Below are positions 26,704-27,293 of a DNA stretch of 27,293 bases, piece by piece (position 1 is the stretch's first letter; the number at the start of each line of letters is the position of its first letter). Below the pieces are notes generated by a model. The model did no database searches and had not been told where the DNA came from. It saw only the letters and a list, made by a program, of their open reading frames with translations. Source of the DNA: Promethearchaeota archaeon (GTDB lineage: Archaea; Asgardarchaeota; Lokiarchaeia; Sigyniarchaeales; SOKP01); the NCBI GenBank assembly GCA_016839745.1, contig JAEOTS010000015.1, positions 1 through 27,293 on the forward strand, read 5' to 3'. The translations under genes and the position numbers were made by a program.

Positions 26704-27293
26704 ATATTTTTACCTTTTATGATCTAATTTTTAGATATAAAGAATTATTCTTTCTTATAACTATAAAAAAATCAAAATTAAATAAAATTTGCTTTTTAAA
26801 TTATAACATTTTATTGAAATTTTCAAATAATTGAAGTTTCTAATCCGTGAATTATGTTAATAACTTTTCATATTAGAATTTATCATGTGATTTCTTAAAC
26901 CAACCTTATTTTTACTAATTAGGTCGATTATGACTTAATTATTATGATCATAAATGATTTGACATAACATTCATTGGGGATGATTTGTTTTACTTCAAAA
27001 TTTTTCAATAACCCTTTAAATGATAATAAAATCGAGATAAAACAAGGTTGACTCTATTTTGAAATTTGAATTGTTTTGATTCTAAAAAAGTTAATTCAAA
27101 TTTTTCGAATGATCAACCATTGCATGATCATAGATATTAACAATTATAATAAAACCAAGTTTTTTTGTCGTGATTTTTTATGCTTTTAATTCTTGAAGTT
27201 CTTCACAAATAGGCAAAAGATTTAAATAACTCTTCAGATATATTACTATCTAAGAAACTTTACTAATAAATACAAAAAAAATTAAAAATCAAA

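Noticed and set aside
1-27293. tRNA, rRNA, CRISPR arrays, IS elements
   Set aside because: No GC-rich structured segments, spaced direct repeats, transposase or terminal inverted repeats were seen by eye.

Overview
This is an AT-rich, gene-dense chromosomal window that most likely comes from an Asgard archaeon (Lokiarchaeia/Promethearchaeia-like). The assignment is inferred from gene content. Archaeal core genes (class I LysRS, TFB, proteasome beta subunit, DUF106) sit beside eukaryotic-signature-type proteins: a two-domain gelsolin, a stand-alone longin, a longin/uDENN-like domain fused to a Rab-like GTPase, a C4HC3 RING protein and a dual-specificity phosphatase. Metabolic genes include a divergent PlsY fused to a CTP-dependent lipid kinase domain, a membrane-anchored esterase, a three-gene GlpA-type flavoprotein operon, a LarA-family enzyme, an NMO/FabK-family flavoenzyme, a PLP aminotransferase, LysE and GtrA. 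I saw no rRNA, tRNA, CRISPR array or mobile element. The most notable observations are: (1) the same unnamed Zn-ribbon module on both the gelsolin and a small neighbouring protein; (2) the PlsY-kinase fusion with altered catalytic motifs; (3) the longin/uDENN-Rab fusion; (4) an Ltn1/FANCL-type RING protein directly downstream of a proteasome beta subunit that lacks the catalytic Thr; (5) a tail-anchored protein with an 11-11-18 aromatic repeat; (6) an unannotated geranylgeranyl-reductase-like gene remnant. All family calls come from motif recognition by eye, with no database searches.
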